Counted from the stretch's first letter, positions 40,948 to 57,747 are shown. The stretch is 64,000 nucleotides of DNA from Eledone cirrhosa (GCA_964016885.1 OZ024762.1:8680001-8744000), one strand, 5' to 3'. The notes: generated by a model not told the origin, from the letters alone. Translations and numbers: made by a program.

Positions 40948-43412
40948 ATAAATGCTCTGAAATAGCGATATATATGTGAATATAGACATAGAATATTCGA
41001 AAATATTCTGTATGTTTATAATAAACATTTTGAAGACCTAATCGCTATAGAATAGAATACGTCACGTATTACAATTAGATTCTCGATAAAAGCAAGGGAA
41101 GTAATCTACGCGTTTCATTCTTGTTAGAAATCATCAGGACCACATATCCAGTGCTTTTATCGAGAATGACACAGCTAGAGACTTATAGAATACTTAGCTG
41201 TGTACAGGAACTGGTTTGAAAGAGCGGTTGCCGGTCCGGCAGAAATTAGAAATTGGAATAAATGCTCTGAAATAGCGATATATATGTGAATATAGACATA
41301 GAATATTCGAAAATATTCTGTATGTTTATAATAAACATTTTGAAGACCTAATCGCTATAGAATAGAATACGTCACGTATTACAATTAGATTCTCGATAAA
41401 AGCAAGGGAAGTAATCTACGCGTTTCATTCTTGTTAGAAATCATCAGGACCACATATCCAGTGCTTTTATCGAGAATGACACAGCTAGAGACTTATAGAA
41501 TACTTAGCTGTGTACAGGAACTGGTTTGAAAGAGCGGTTGCCGGTCCGGCAGAAATTAGAAATTGGAATAAATGCTCTGAAATAGCGATATATATGTGAA
41601 TATAGACATAGAATATTCGAAAATATTCTGTATGTTTATAATAAACATTTTGAAGACCTAATCGCTATAGAATAGAATACGTCACGTATTACAATTAGAT
41701 TCTCGATAAAAGCAAGGGAAGTAATCTACGCGTTTCATTCTTGTTAGAAATCATCAGGACCACATATCCAGTGCTTTTATCGAGAATGACACAGCTAGAG
41801 ACTTATAGAATACTTAGCTGTGTACAGGAACTGGTTTGAAAGAGCGGTTGCCGGTCCGGCAGAAATTAGAAATTGGAATAAATGCTCTGAAATAGCGATA
41901 TATATGTGAATATAGACATAGAATATTCGAAAATATTCTGTATGTTTATAATAAACATTTTGAAGACCTAATCGCTATAGAATAGAATACGTCACGTATT
42001 ACAATTAGATTCTCGATAAAAGCAAGGGAAGTAATCTACGCGTTTCATTCTTGTTAGAAATCATCAGGACCACATATCCAGTGCTTTTATCGAGAATGAC
42101 ACAGCTAGAGACTTATAGAATACTTAGCTGTGTACAGGAACTGGTTTGAAAGAGCGGTTGCCGGTCCGGCAGAAATTAGAAATTGGAATAAATGCTCTGA
42201 AATAGCGATATATATGTGAATATAGACATAGAATATTCGAAAATATTCTGTATGTTTATAATAAACATTTTGAAGACCTAATCGCTATAGAATAGAATAC
42301 GTCACGTATTACAATTAGATTCTCGATAAAAGCAAGGGAAGTAATCTACGCGTTTCATTCTTGTTAGAAATCATCAGGACCACATATCCAGTGCTTTTAT
42401 CGAGAATGACACAGCTAGAGACTTATAGAATACTTAGCTGTGTACAGGAACTGGTTTGAAAGAGCGGTTGCCGGTCCGGCAGAAATTAGAAATTGGAATA
42501 AATGCTCTGAAATAGCGATATATATGTGAATATAGACATAGAATATTCGAAAATATTCTGTATGTTTATAATAAACATTTTGAAGACCTAATCGCTAGCT
42601 GTGTCATTCTCGATAAAAGCACTGGATATGTGGTCCTGATGATTTCTAACAAGAATGAAACGCGTAGATTACTTCCCTTGCTTTTATCGAGAATCTAATT
42701 GTAATACGTGACGTATTCTATTCTATAGCGATTAGGTCTTCAAAATGTTTATTATAAACATACAGAATATTTTCGAATATTCTATGTCTATATTCACATA
42801 TATATCGCTATTTCAGAGCATTTATTCCAATTTCTAATTTCTGCCGGACCGGCAACCGCTCTTTCAAACCAGTTCCTGTACACAGCTAAGTATTCTATAA
42901 GTCTCTAGCTGTGTCATTCTCGATAAAAGCACTGGATATGTGGTCCTGATGATTTCTAACAAGAATGAAACGCGTAGATTACTTCCCTTGCTTTTATCGA
43001 GAATCTAATTGTAATACGTGACGTATTCTATTCTATAGCGATTAGGTCTTCAAAATGTTTATTATAAACATACAGAATATTTTCGAATATTCTATGTCTA
43101 TATTCACATATATATCGCTATTTCAGAGCATTTATTCCAATTTCTAATTTCTGCCGGACCGGCAACCGCTCTTTCAAACCAGTTCCTGTACACAGCTAAG
43201 TATTCTATAAGTCTCTAGCTGTGTCATTCTCGATAAAAGCACTGGATATGTGGTCCTGATGATTTCTAACAAGAATGAAACGCGTAGATTACTTCCCTTG
43301 CTTTTATCGAGAATCTAATTGTAATACGTGACGTATTCTATTCTATAGCGATTAGGTCTTCAAAATGTTTATTATAAACATACAGAATATTTTCGAATAT
43401 TCTATGTCTATA

Positions 43413-43416
<4 letters not shown>
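40943..43416. mobile_element. Retrozyme-like tandem array of 310-bp monomers, each with a type I HHR; ~5.3 units (-) joined head-to-head to ~2.6 units (+)
   Basis: ttggaataaatgctctg at 40943, 41253, 41563, 41873, 42183 and 42493; inversion at ~42596. Core gtggtc-CTGATGA-TTTCTAACAAGAAT-GAAACGCGTA-gattac at 41101, 41411, 41721, 42031, 42341 (-) and 42630, 42940, 43250 (+). Confidence 0.9.
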
Positions 43417-43450
<34 letters not shown>

Positions 43451-43689
43451 AGTATATATATATATATGTATGTATAAATATATATTCAGCGAGAATCGTA
43501 TTTCGGCTGGTAGAAAAAGCGAAACGATGAACGATCGGTTACAGCCAGTTTCAACAGAAAGAGGTAGAGAATTCTGGCCGGTTTTGGCCGGTTTGAACAT
43601 TAAAGGGTTTTAAAAAAAACCTTTGAAACGGAGAAACTGATCTAATTATTCGCGTGACATTATTTCTTATGACTCCGCCATGATTCTGA

Positions 43690-44440
43690 CACACACACAT
43701 ACACAGATATAGATGTAGTCATGTACACACACTCACATGGACTTACATACATTCACATACACACACACACACATCCATGGATACAGATGTAGTCATGTAC
43801 ACACACTCACATGGACATAGATACATTCACATACACACACACACATACACAGATATAGATGTAGTCATGTACACACACTCACATGGACATAGATACATTC
43901 ACATACACACACACACATACACAGATATAGATGTAGTCATGTATACACACTCACATGGACATAGATACATTCACATACACACACACACATACACAGATAT
44001 AGATGTAGCCATGTACACACACTCACATGGACATAGATACATTCACATACACACACACACATACACAGATATAGATGTAGTCATGTACACACACTCACAT
44101 GGACATAGATACATTCACATACACACACACACACATACACAGATATAGATGTAGTCATGTACACACACTCACATGGACATAGATACATTCACATACACAC
44201 ACGCACATACACAGATATAGATGTAGCCATGTACACACACTCACATGGACTTACATACATTCACATACACACACACACACATCCATGGATACAGATGTAG
44301 TCATGTACACACACTCACATGGACATAGATACATTCACACACACACACACACAGATATAGATGTAGCCATGTACACACACTCACATGGACATACATACAT
44401 TCACATACACACACACACACACATACATGGATATAGAAAT
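43690..44440. repeat. ~72-bp CA-rich minisatellite, about 10 copies
   Basis: Repeating agatatagatgtagtcatgtacacacactcacatggacatagatacattcac. Confidence 0.9.
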
Positions 44441-44442
44441 AG

Positions 44443-44475
<33 letters not shown>

Positions 44476-44525
44476 GATATAGATACAGCCATATACACAC
44501 ACACACACAGCTACCCCCACACACA

Positions 44526-44559
<34 letters not shown>

Positions 44560-44783
44560 ACACAAAAACAGCACCACAGATACACACACACAGCCCCCCG
44601 CCCCTCCCCGCCACACCACACGCCATCCTCACACACAACACACACACAGCCACCACACACTCACACACATACAAACACAGCCCTCCCCTCGCAGCTGCCC
44701 CCCCGCCACACTCAGTACCCCCACACTTCCTCAGCCCACACACATACGGCCACACCACACACACATACACACACAAAGACAGC

Positions 44784-44820
<37 letters not shown>

Positions 44821-44943
44821 GTAATAGACTGGTTCCCATAACTAAGTAAATCTATTAATAGAGAACTCGAAACAAAGAAACAAGAGCAACAACCGGCGAA
44901 GAAACGAAATAAAAAGGAAAATCTTAGTAAAGAATATATTCAT

Positions 44944-45668
<725 letters not shown>

Positions 45669-45681
45669 TTATATATTTATA

Positions 45682-45748
<67 letters not shown>

Positions 45749-45907
45749 AACTTTGTATTTTATCTGATGAAAGCGTACCAATGTGTCTTAATAAAATAAA
45801 TATGGTTTTATAAATATAGTTTCCATTTATTTAATATCATTGTATGTATATATATATATATATATATAAATGTAATGAATGAGTACCCAATCGTCCTTGT
45901 TATCTTT

Positions 45908-45969
<62 letters not shown>

Positions 45970-46064
45970 GAGGTTATATTTAATTTGTTGGGATTCAACA
46001 AGCTTAAAAATGTATATATATATATATATATCAGTATGTATATATGTATATGAATATATATATA

Positions 46065-46212
<148 letters not shown>

Positions 46213-46230
46213 TATCTGTATGTATATATG

Positions 46231-46298
<68 letters not shown>

Positions 46299-46359
46299 AT
46301 ATATATACACATGCATATATATATGTGTGTGGGGTGGGGGATGTACGTAGGTACGTATT

Positions 46360-46391
<32 letters not shown>

Positions 46392-46767
46392 TATACATAT
46401 ATGCATACACACACTGACATATATATATAATATTTGTTTCTTTGTGTGTATGTGTATATATGTGTATGCGTGTGTATGTGTATATGTGTGTGCATGCGTA
46501 TACGTGTCTATAAATGTGTGTGTATGTGTATTCGTCTGTCTATGAATGTGTGTGTATGCGCGTGTGTGTGTGTATATGTGTGTGTGTATGTGTGTGTGTA
46601 TGTGTGTGTGTACGTATGTGTGTGTGTGTGTGTATAGAACGTGATACGGTACATCAGATAAGTTTCTTAGATGACCTAAATACTCTTAACACCGTAACTA
46701 GGTCAGTAAGCCTGGTAGAAACGTCAAAACCACGTATAAGCACTTTACTTAATAAAACGTCATAGTG

Positions 46768-46809
<42 letters not shown>

Positions 46810-47058
46810 CATACATACATACATACACACACACACATTCATATATATATATATATAGGAACGAGTAGGACCCCGACGGCTGAGCTCAAGCCGTTTCGAC
46901 GGCTAATTCTGGACTTAGACTTCTCCAGAATTAGCCGTCGAAACGGCTTGAGCTCAGCCGTCGGGGTCCTACTCGTTCCTATTACCCACTCTACTACCCT
47001 AAGTATTGAGTACTTTGGTGCTTTATGGTCCACCTGGTTCCTTACCACATTTCCTTCG

Positions 47059-47171
<113 letters not shown>

Positions 47172-47191
47172 CATATACATACATACATATT

Positions 47192-47244
<53 letters not shown>

Positions 47245-47260
47245 GAAATAATGTATTCAA

Positions 47261-47313
<53 letters not shown>

Positions 47314-47545
47314 AGTGGAAGGTTAGTAAAATCGAAGCGTTGGTTGTGCCCAAGCAAAGTCGACCTACAATAAAGAATGAGTAGCAAAGCACTCAATGGC
47401 GGTAGATCCTTAGAGTAATAACATTACGTTTAAAAGCTTGACAAATTGAAAATTGCGGTAGGCAAAACCCAACCATACAATACCAAAAACAACGAGTAAA
47501 CAAATCAGGTTATATATATATATACACTCGAAATAATGTATTCAA

Positions 47546-47583
<38 letters not shown>

Positions 47584-47828
47584 AAGAACACAAGAGCGTC
47601 TACAACATCAAAAGATTTTTTATTGGCTAACAATGTTGCTTCCTTAAGTGTAACCGTAGGATTCATCAGAGCTATAAAAGGGGTTTGATTGGTGTTATGG
47701 ACTCTACCAACCAAACATTCTAATATATATATATATAAGAATTAAAATACTAGAGTGCGTTGGAGTAAAACACACTCGTCGTATTATAGAAATGACAGTA
47801 TATCTTTTTGTCTATTTTTATAATTTTA

Positions 47829-47896
<68 letters not shown>

Positions 47897-48865
47897 GGAA
47901 AAATTTGAACAGGGACAAAACAGAGAGGCAGTACAATAAATGTTTATTAATTTCACGCTCAGGAGAGTGGGGGGTAGGTGGGGGACGACGTTTCGGGCAT
48001 AAGCCCTTCTTCAGGTGAGAAGTGTGTGGGGACAGAGTTCAAAAGGTGTGTAGGGGAGTGGTGGAGAGACATATAGCGAAAGGAAACGGTGCGAATGAAA
48101 AAATAACAAATAAAGATAAAAAATAAAAATAAAGCATGATCAAAATACAAGGAATGAGAAAATTTAAAAATAAAGGCATGATCAAAATAAACTGAAATTA
48201 AAAGGGGGGTAAACAGGTGGTGGAAGGGTGTGGGGTGAGTAGGGGTGGTGGCGGGTGGAGTGGGGAGAGGGAGACGGGGTGTCCGAGCGGGGAGGGCTGA
48301 AGGTGGTGTGTGTGTGTAGGTGTGCGTGTGTGTGTGTGTGTGTGTATGTGAAAGTAAGGGTTGGGGGAAGAACGGGGTGTGGTAACACAACAGTTAGTTC
48401 ACCATACCGAGAACAATTGTTTCACCTTAGCGGTGTGGTAAGGAACCAGATGGACCATAACGCACCAGAATACTCAATACTTAGGGTATTAGATTGGGTA
48501 ACAGGAAAAAATGTAACCCCGACGGCAGAGCTCAAGCCGTTTCAACGGCTATTTCTGCACTCCAGAAATAGCCGTCGAAACGGCTTGAGCTCTACCGTCG
48601 GGGTTAAACTTTTTCCTATATATATATATGTATGTGTACACATACACATAAACATTTATTTTACGATTTAAAAAAAAATTCACTTATACTCTTACACATC
48701 CATACGCACACTGGGTGGTTTATTTCCTAGGCAACGTCAGGTTGCCATCTAGTCTCTCTCTCTCTCCCCTCTCTCTCGTTATCTCTCTCTCCCTCTTTCT
48801 TTCTTTATATATATGTATCTCTTTTTCTATATATATGTGTGTATGTGTGCGTGTATGATTGCGTG

Positions 48866-48936
<71 letters not shown>

Positions 48937-49054
48937 TAGACCACTGCCAACAGCTCACCACCACTACCACACCACCACACCGTTCCTACCGATAGCCACT
49001 TCTTAAAGCTCTCTCCCTCCCCCTCTCTCTCTGCATGTCTCTCTATCTCTCCCT

Positions 49055-49092
<38 letters not shown>

Positions 49093-49416
49093 TTCTTTTC
49101 CTAAGGCGAAAAAAAAAAATAAAAATAACAAAAGAAATTACAACAACAACGACGACCAAAACACAACTCCACAAAGAAATTGCTAATTTGCCCTTTTAAT
49201 ATGTCGGAAGTTCCTTTCTAAATGAGGTGGGAGCGAGGTGTGGTGGCTGTTGATCAAAGTACTTGAGGTGAAGGATAAAAGGCGGCCGACTTGGCAAATA
49301 TAGAGGGGACAGGGAAGTAGGGAGGCAGAAAAAAAAAATGAAACCGTTGTGACGGGAATATTGGTGGAATTTCATTTTTGTTTGAAAAATGACATTTCAA
49401 ATCAAATATGAGACGA

Positions 49417-51657
49417 ACCCTTTTGGTAGCCATATTTCTAATGAAACTGCCTGTCTAACTCTTTTGGTAGCCATATTTCTAATGAAAGACACTGCCCATC
49501 TTTACCCCTTTTGGTAGCCATATTTCTAATGAAAGACACTGCCTGTCTTAAACTCTTTTGGTAGCCATATTTCTAATGAAAGACACTGCCCATCTTTACC
49601 CCTTTTGGTAGCCATATTTCTAATGAAAGACACTGCCTGTCTTAAACCCTTTTGGTAGCCATATTTCTAATGAAAGACACAGCCCATCTTTAGTCCTTTT
49701 GGTAGCCATATTTCTAATGAAAGACACTGCCTGTCTTTAACCCTTTTGGTAGCCATATTTCTAATGAAAGACACTGCCTGTCTTTAACCCTTTTGGTAGC
49801 CATATTTCTAATGAAAGACACTGCCTGTCTTTAACCCTTTTGGTAGCCATATTTCTAATGAAAGACACTGCCTGTCTTAAACTCTTTTGGTAGCCATATT
49901 TCTAATGAAAGACACTGCCCATCTTTACCCCTTTTGGTAGCCATATTTCTAATGAAAGACACTGCCTGTCTTAAACCCTTTTGGTAGCCATATTTCTAAT
50001 GAAAGACACAGCCCATCTTTAGTCCTTTTGGTAGCCATATTTCTAATGAAAGACACTGCCTGTCTTTAACCCTTTTGGTAGCCATATTTCTAATGAAAGA
50101 CACTGCCTGTCTTTAACCCTTTTGGTAGCCATATTTCTAATGAAAGACACTGCCTGTCTAACTCTTTTGGTAGCCATATTTCTAATGAAAGACACTGCCC
50201 ATCTTTACCCCTTTTGGTAGCCATATTTCTAATGAAAGACACTGCCTGTTTTTAACCCTTTTGGTAGCCATATTTCTAATGAAAGACACTGCCTGTCTTT
50301 AACCCTTTTGGTAGCCATATTTCTAATGAAAGACACTGCCTGTCTTTAACCCTTTTGGTAGCCATATTTCTAATGAAAGACATTGCTTGTCTTTAACCCT
50401 TTTGGTAGCCATATTTCTAATGAAAGACACTGCCCATCTTTACCCCTTTTGGTAGCCATATTTCTAATGAAAGACACTGCCTGTCTTTAACCCTTTTGGT
50501 AGCCATATTTCTAATGAAAGACACTGCCCGTCTTTAACCCTTTTGGTAGCCATATTTCTAATGAAAGACACTGCCTGTCTTTAACCCTTTTGGTAGCCAT
50601 ATTTCTAATGAAAGACACTGCCTGTCTTTAACCCTTTTGGTAGCCATATTTCTAATGAAAGACACTGCCCGTCTTTAACCCTTTTGGTAGCCATATTTCT
50701 AATGAAAGACACTGCCTGTCTTTAACCCTTTTGGTAGCCATATTTCTAATGAAAGACACTGCCCGTCTTTAACCCTTTTGGTAGCCATATTTCTAATGAA
50801 AGACACTGCCTGTCTTTAACCCTTTTGGTAGCCATATTTCTAATGAAAGACACTGCCTGTTTTTAACCCTTTTGGTAGCCATATTTCTAATGAAAGACAC
50901 TGCCTGTCTTTAACCCTTTTGGTAGCCATATTTCTAATGAAAGACACTGCCCGTCTTTAACCTTTTTGGTAGCCATATTTCTAATGAAAGACACTGCCTG
51001 TCTTTAACCCTTTTGGTAGCCATATTTCTAATGAAAGACACTGCCTGTCTTTAACCCTTTTGGTAGCCATATTTCTAATGAAAGACACTGCCTGTCTTTA
51101 ACCCTTTTGGTAGCCATATTTCTAATGAAAGACACTGCCTGTCTTTAACCCTTTTGGTAGCCATATTTCTAATGAAAGACACTGCCCATCTTTACCCCTT
51201 TTGGTAGCCATATTTCTAATGAAAGACACTGCCTGTCTTTACCCCTTTTGGTAGCCATATTTCTAATGATAGACACTGCCTGTCTTAAACCCTTTTGGTA
51301 GCCATATTTCCAATGGAGGAAACTGCCTGTCTTTAACCCTTTTGTTACCATATTTCTAATGAAAGACACTGCCTGTCTTTAACGCTTCTGGTAGCCATAT
51401 TTCTAATGAAAGACACTGCCCGTCTTTAACCCTTTTGGTAGCCATATTTCTAATGAAAGACACTGCCTGTCTTTAACGCTTCTGGTAGCCATATTTCTAA
51501 TGAAAGACACTGCCCGTCTTAAACCCTTTTGGCAGCCATATTTCTAATGAAAGACACAGCCTGTCTTTAACCCTTTTGGTAGCCATATTTCTAATGAAAG
51601 ACACTGCCTGTCTTTAACCCTTTTGGTAGCCATATTTCTAATGAAAGACACTGCCTA
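49417..51657. repeat. 47-bp satellite, about 48 copies
   Basis: Unit cccttttggtagccatatttctaatgaaagacactgcctgtctttaa. Confidence 0.97.
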
Positions 51658-52257
51658 TGATTTACAGATAATTTTCTCATCGTAATTCAAGGTCCTTGAG
51701 TCATGCGAATGTCAAACGAACAACTTAACTACACGGCCAGTCTGTGACTTTTCGTTTATTTATTTATTTATTGAATGTATATTTTATTGTATAGCTATTG
51801 TTAGTGGTAGTGATGGGGTGGGTGGTGTTATTGTTGGTGGTGTTATTTGTAGTGGTGGTGTTAATGGCAGTAGTGGTGGTGGTGGTTATAGTGGTGGTGG
51901 TGGTTATAGTGGTGGTGGTGGTGGTGTTAGTGTTGGTGGTAGTGGTGATGGTGGTAGTATTGGTAGTAGTAGTAGTAGTGGTGGTGGTGGTGGTAGTGGT
52001 AGTGGTGATTGTGGCGTTATTGGTAATGGTAGTGGTGTTATTGGTAGTAGTGGTGGTAGTAGTGGTGGTGGTAGTGGTGGTAGTAGTGGTGGTGGTAGTG
52101 GTGGTAGTAGTGGCGGTGGTATTGGTTGTAGTAGTTGTACTAGTGGCAGTGGTAGTGTTAGTAGTAGTAGTGGTGGTAGTAGCGGCAGTGGTGCTGTTAG
52201 TGGTAGTAGAAGTGCTGGTGGTATTATTAGTAGTTGTACTAGTGGTAGTGGTAGTGT

Positions 52258-52326
<69 letters not shown>

Positions 52327-52403
52327 CGGCAGTGGTGGTGGTATTGGTAGTAGTTGTACTAGTGCTACTAACAGTGATGCTGCTGATGATGATGATGATG
52401 AAT

Positions 52404-52449
<46 letters not shown>

Positions 52450-53115
52450 GCAATTTTAATGTCTGTCTTGAATTTTCTTTTTGATTTCATATTCGTTGTC
52501 TCAGAATATATGTGGTGGGGGTGGGGGGATGTCTGTGTACACAACACACACACATATATACATATGTGTGTGAGTGTGTGTGTATATGTGTTTATATGTG
52601 TATGTTTACGTGTGTATATGTGTGTGTATATGTGTCAGTGTATATGTGTCAGTGTGTATGTTTATGTGTGTGTATGTTCATGTTTACGTGTGTATATGTG
52701 TATATGTGTCAGTGTGTATGTGTCAGTGTGTATGTTTATGTGTGTGTATGTTTATGTTTACGTGTGTATATGTGTATATATGTGTCAGTGTGTATGTTTA
52801 TATGTGTATATGTGTCAGTGTATATGTGTCAGTGTGTATGTTTATGTGTGTATATGTGTATATATGTGTATGTTTACGTGTGTATATGTGTATATGTGTG
52901 TGTATATGTGTCAGTGTGTATGTTTATGTGTGCATATGTGTATATGTGTATATGTGTGTATGTTTATGTGTGTGTATGTGTTCGTGCGTGTCGGTGTGTG
53001 TACGTTTATGCCTGTTTGTGTTTGTGTGTGTTCATCTGTGTATGAGTGTGTGTTTATGTGCGTATGTGTGTGGGTGTGTTTATGTGTATATGTATATATG
53101 CCTGTATGTATGTTT

Positions 53116-53157
<42 letters not shown>

Positions 53158-53892
53158 GCATATGTATATTTTAATCTAAATTTTTTCCGATGGAAGAAAA
53201 ATAATTTTTTTCAGTAAATCTGATTTAACGTTGAAGAGGCTTGCATCACCACCACCACCACCATCACAACCGCTACCACCACCACCACCACCACCACCAC
53301 CACCACCATCACTACCGCTACCACCACCACCACCACCATCACCACCGCTACCACCACCACCACCATCACCAACACCATCACCAACACCAACATCATCATC
53401 ACCACCACCACCACCACCACCACCATCACCACCGCTACCACCACCACCATCATCATCACCATCACCAACACCAACATCATCACCACCACCACCACCACCA
53501 CCACCACCACAACCATCAACACCACCACCACCACCACCACCACCATCACCACCGCTACCATCAACGCCACCACCACCACCATCACCAAAACCATCAACAC
53601 CACCACCACCATCACCACCGCCACCATCACCACAACCATCAACACCACCACCACCACCATCACCACCGCTACCATCAACGCCACCACCACCACCATCACC
53701 AAAACCATCAACACCACCACCACCACCATCACCACCGCCACCACCACCATCACCACAACCATCAACGCCACCACCGCCATCACCACAACCATCAACACCA
53801 CCACCACCACCACCATCATAGAATGAACATCTATAGAATGAGCATCAATGAAATTTTCTGCCCAATGAAAAGTGATATTGGTCATTCAACAG

Positions 53893-53926
<34 letters not shown>

Positions 53927-54090
53927 TGTGTGTGTGTGTGTGTGCTTGGAGTGTGTTTTGGTGTGTGCATGTATGTACTATGTATGTATGTGAGTGAGTG
54001 CATGTGAGGGTGCTGTGTGTACGTGAGAACGAGAGAGAGAGAAAGAGACAAGCAGACAAACGGACAGATAGGTAGGTAGATAGATAGAGA

Positions 54091-54162
<72 letters not shown>

Positions 54163-54246
54163 CAGACAGACAGATAGATAGAGAGACAGATATACAGGTA
54201 GACAGATAGATACACGGAGACACACATACACACACACACACAATAT

Positions 54247-54287
<41 letters not shown>

Positions 54288-54426
54288 CAGATAGACAGAT
54301 AGATAGATAGACAGATAGACAGATAGATAGATATATTTCTTTATTAGCCACAAGGGCGCACAAGAAAAGGGGACAAAAGAAAGACATGTCGGGGATTTTA
54401 CATACAATCGTGTAAAAATATAGATG

Positions 54427-54476
<50 letters not shown>

Positions 54477-54785
54477 CAGATAGATAGATAGATAGATAGA
54501 TAGACATATAGACAGATATATAGAAAGACCAGTGATATGTATGGCGGTGAATATAGACATAATGTCCAGCAAAACCATCAAAACGTCTTATACACAATAA
54601 CACTTGATTACATTTGAAGCGTTTCAACATTAAGATCTTAACCAAAGCTTCTCAATAATCGATTGATTACCAATCTTACCTCTTCACATCAACCTCAAAG
54701 ACATTTCTCTTTGAACACAATGTGTCGAGGTCGATCTGGCTACATTTTTACTGCATTTATATTTACATTAGGATGATGTGCGCAG

Positions 54786-54873
<88 letters not shown>

Positions 54874-54884
54874 GTGTGTGTGTG

Positions 54885-54993
<109 letters not shown>

Positions 54994-55094
54994 ATGTATA
55001 TTTATATGAATATATGTGTGCGTGTGTGTATATATATATATATATATATTTATGTATATATGTGTGTGTGCATGTGTGTGTGTTCATATATGTA

Positions 55095-55157
<63 letters not shown>

Positions 55158-55339
55158 TCGTGTACATATGTAAATATATATAGACATCTTCACTCACACA
55201 CAAACGCACGCACACACACATACATATATACACATATATATATAAAGATAGAGAAAGATATAGATATATATATATAAATGTATGTCTGTGTGATGTAGTG
55301 TTTATGTGTATATATATATATATATGTGTGTGTGTGTGG

Positions 55340-55374
<35 letters not shown>

Positions 55375-55419
55375 GGGGGGGAGAGAGAGAAAGAGAAAGA
55401 GACAGAAAAAGAGACAGAA

Positions 55420-55510
<91 letters not shown>

Positions 55511-55681
55511 GTGGGTGTCGTAAGGGCATCGTATTGACAACACACCGTGTATCTTCAGCAGTTTTAGTACCGAGATATACGAACAAGGAACATATTTGAA
55601 ATATGTAAGAAACAGACGACAGATGAAATAAACACTCGAAATTAATATAAAACCAGTCTCATAGGTTTTTCTCCAAGCATA

Positions 55682-55780
<99 letters not shown>

Positions 55781-56394
55781 CTCAGCCTTTTGATCTGGGC
55801 GAAGATGTTTAGATGGGCGCTTAAGAAATCTAAGAGGGCGCTCTGCTCGGTAGCCATATTGAATGAGAGAATCCTGTATGATGCGTTGACTGGATGTCAA
55901 CAGCTATGGTTGGGGTTGAGGGGAATATCGATTAAATCGACTCCAGTACATTACTGCTACTTTATTTTATCGACCCTGTAAGGATGAAAGGCAAAGTTAA
56001 CCTCGGTGGGATTTGAAGTCAGATCGTAAAGGGTCATAACTCTGCTGCAAAGCATGGCGTCCGACCCTCTACCAATACTGCCAATATGGTTTCTGATATA
56101 GGCACAAGGCCAACCATTTTGGGAAAGGGGGGAAAGTCGAATGAATCGACCCTAGAGCATTACTGGAACTTTATTTTATTGACCTCGAAAGGATGAAAGG
56201 AAAAATTGACCTCCGTGAGAATTGAACTCAGAGAGACGAAACGAAACCGCTTTGTAGCATAGAGTTACGCCCCTTTAAGGTCTGAGTTCAAATCCCGCCG
56301 AGGTTAACTTTGCCTTTCATCCTTACGGGGTCGATAAAATAAAGTATCAGTAATGTACTGGGGTATTTGCTGGCCTTTTGCCAAAAGTAGAAAC

Positions 56395-56460
<66 letters not shown>

Positions 56461-56566
56461 GAGGGAAGTGTGGTAAGGAAGAGTACTCAATACTTTGGGT
56501 AGTAGAGTGGGTAATAGGAGAATGTTCAAGATCCCGACAGGGTTTTGAAGATATTCTTATATACTC

Positions 56567-56611
<45 letters not shown>

Positions 56612-57354
56612 CACCGTTTCCTCTCACCCCCTTTTTGCTATATGTCTCTCCACCACTCTCCTACACACCCTTTGAACTCTCTTCCCACACACTTTTCACC
56701 TGAAGAAGGGCTTATGCCCGAAACGTCGTTCCCCACCACCACCCCACTCTCAAGAGCGTGAAACTAATAAACCTTTGTTCGTACTGCCTCTCTGTTTTGT
56801 TCTCGTTCAATTTTTCACTATATATATATATATATATATATATGTGCCATGATTCGGTCTTGTTAAATGTTTAATTTCTATTACCAACCCACCTAAATTT
56901 CCCTACTATATATCTGTTGAATTACTATTCTTGGGGTTTTTATTTATTTATTTTATTTATTTTTTTATTTATTTTATTTATTTATTCTTTTATCTATTTA
57001 TTCATTTATTTATTTATTTACTTATTTATTTATTTCAAAAAAGCACTCTGGCTAATTGACCACTCCCCAAAGAAAAAACGGCCTGTGCCATGAAGTGGTC
57101 CTGTGTACCTAAATACCCCCCCCCCCCCCCTTCCACCACCCCTCCCTTACCACTACCTAAATGTATAAATACCAGAACTTAATATGACACCCAGCTTCCT
57201 GAAGATTTCATCTGAATGAAACAGTACTAGTCCTGTAGAAGCTCCTTCTATAAAATAAAAAAAATTTACTCTGCCATGTATTGAGTACCTTACTTACTGT
57301 GGTTATCCCCGACTCAACCCGGGACCTACGTATATATATATATATAGAGAGAGA

Positions 57355-57716
57355 GAGAAAATTGAGGTTGGTAATGGCACATGGAATATATAAGAGACAG
57401 AATACTTTTTTGTGAAAAAACATATAATTTTATAAGGTAAGGAAATAATAAAGGGTATAAAAAATGACCGGTTTCGATGGGTCTGCAAAAACCATCTTTT
57501 CAAATGTTGATTAATATTAAGAAAAATTAATAAAAATTATTAATTTTTCTTAATATTAATCAACATTTGAAAATATGGCTTTTGCAGACCCATCGAAACC
57601 GGTCATTTTTTATACCCTTTATTATTTCCTTACCTTATAAAATTATATGTTTTTTCACAAAAAAGTATTCTGTCTCTTATATATTCCATGTGCCATTACC
57701 AACCTCAATTTTCTCT
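57355..57716. mobile_element. Palindromic head-to-head element with decayed HHR
   Basis: Mirror about ~57535; tTGAAAA-GATGG...CCATC-GAAACCGGTC in both arms. Confidence 0.7.
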
Positions 57717-57747
57717 ATAACCTTCGTTTTGTGTAGTAAATTACACT

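Noticed and set aside
49150-49416. Unique, GC-balanced stretch as an enhancer or promoter
   Set aside because: Only isolated short motif matches; cannot be supported from sequence alone.
49417-51657. CRISPR-like or hammerhead-like reading of the 47-bp array (CTAATGA-AAGACA..TGTCTT-TAAC)
   Set aside because: There are no unique spacers. G5 and G12 of the HHR core are missing in all units and stem I does not pair.
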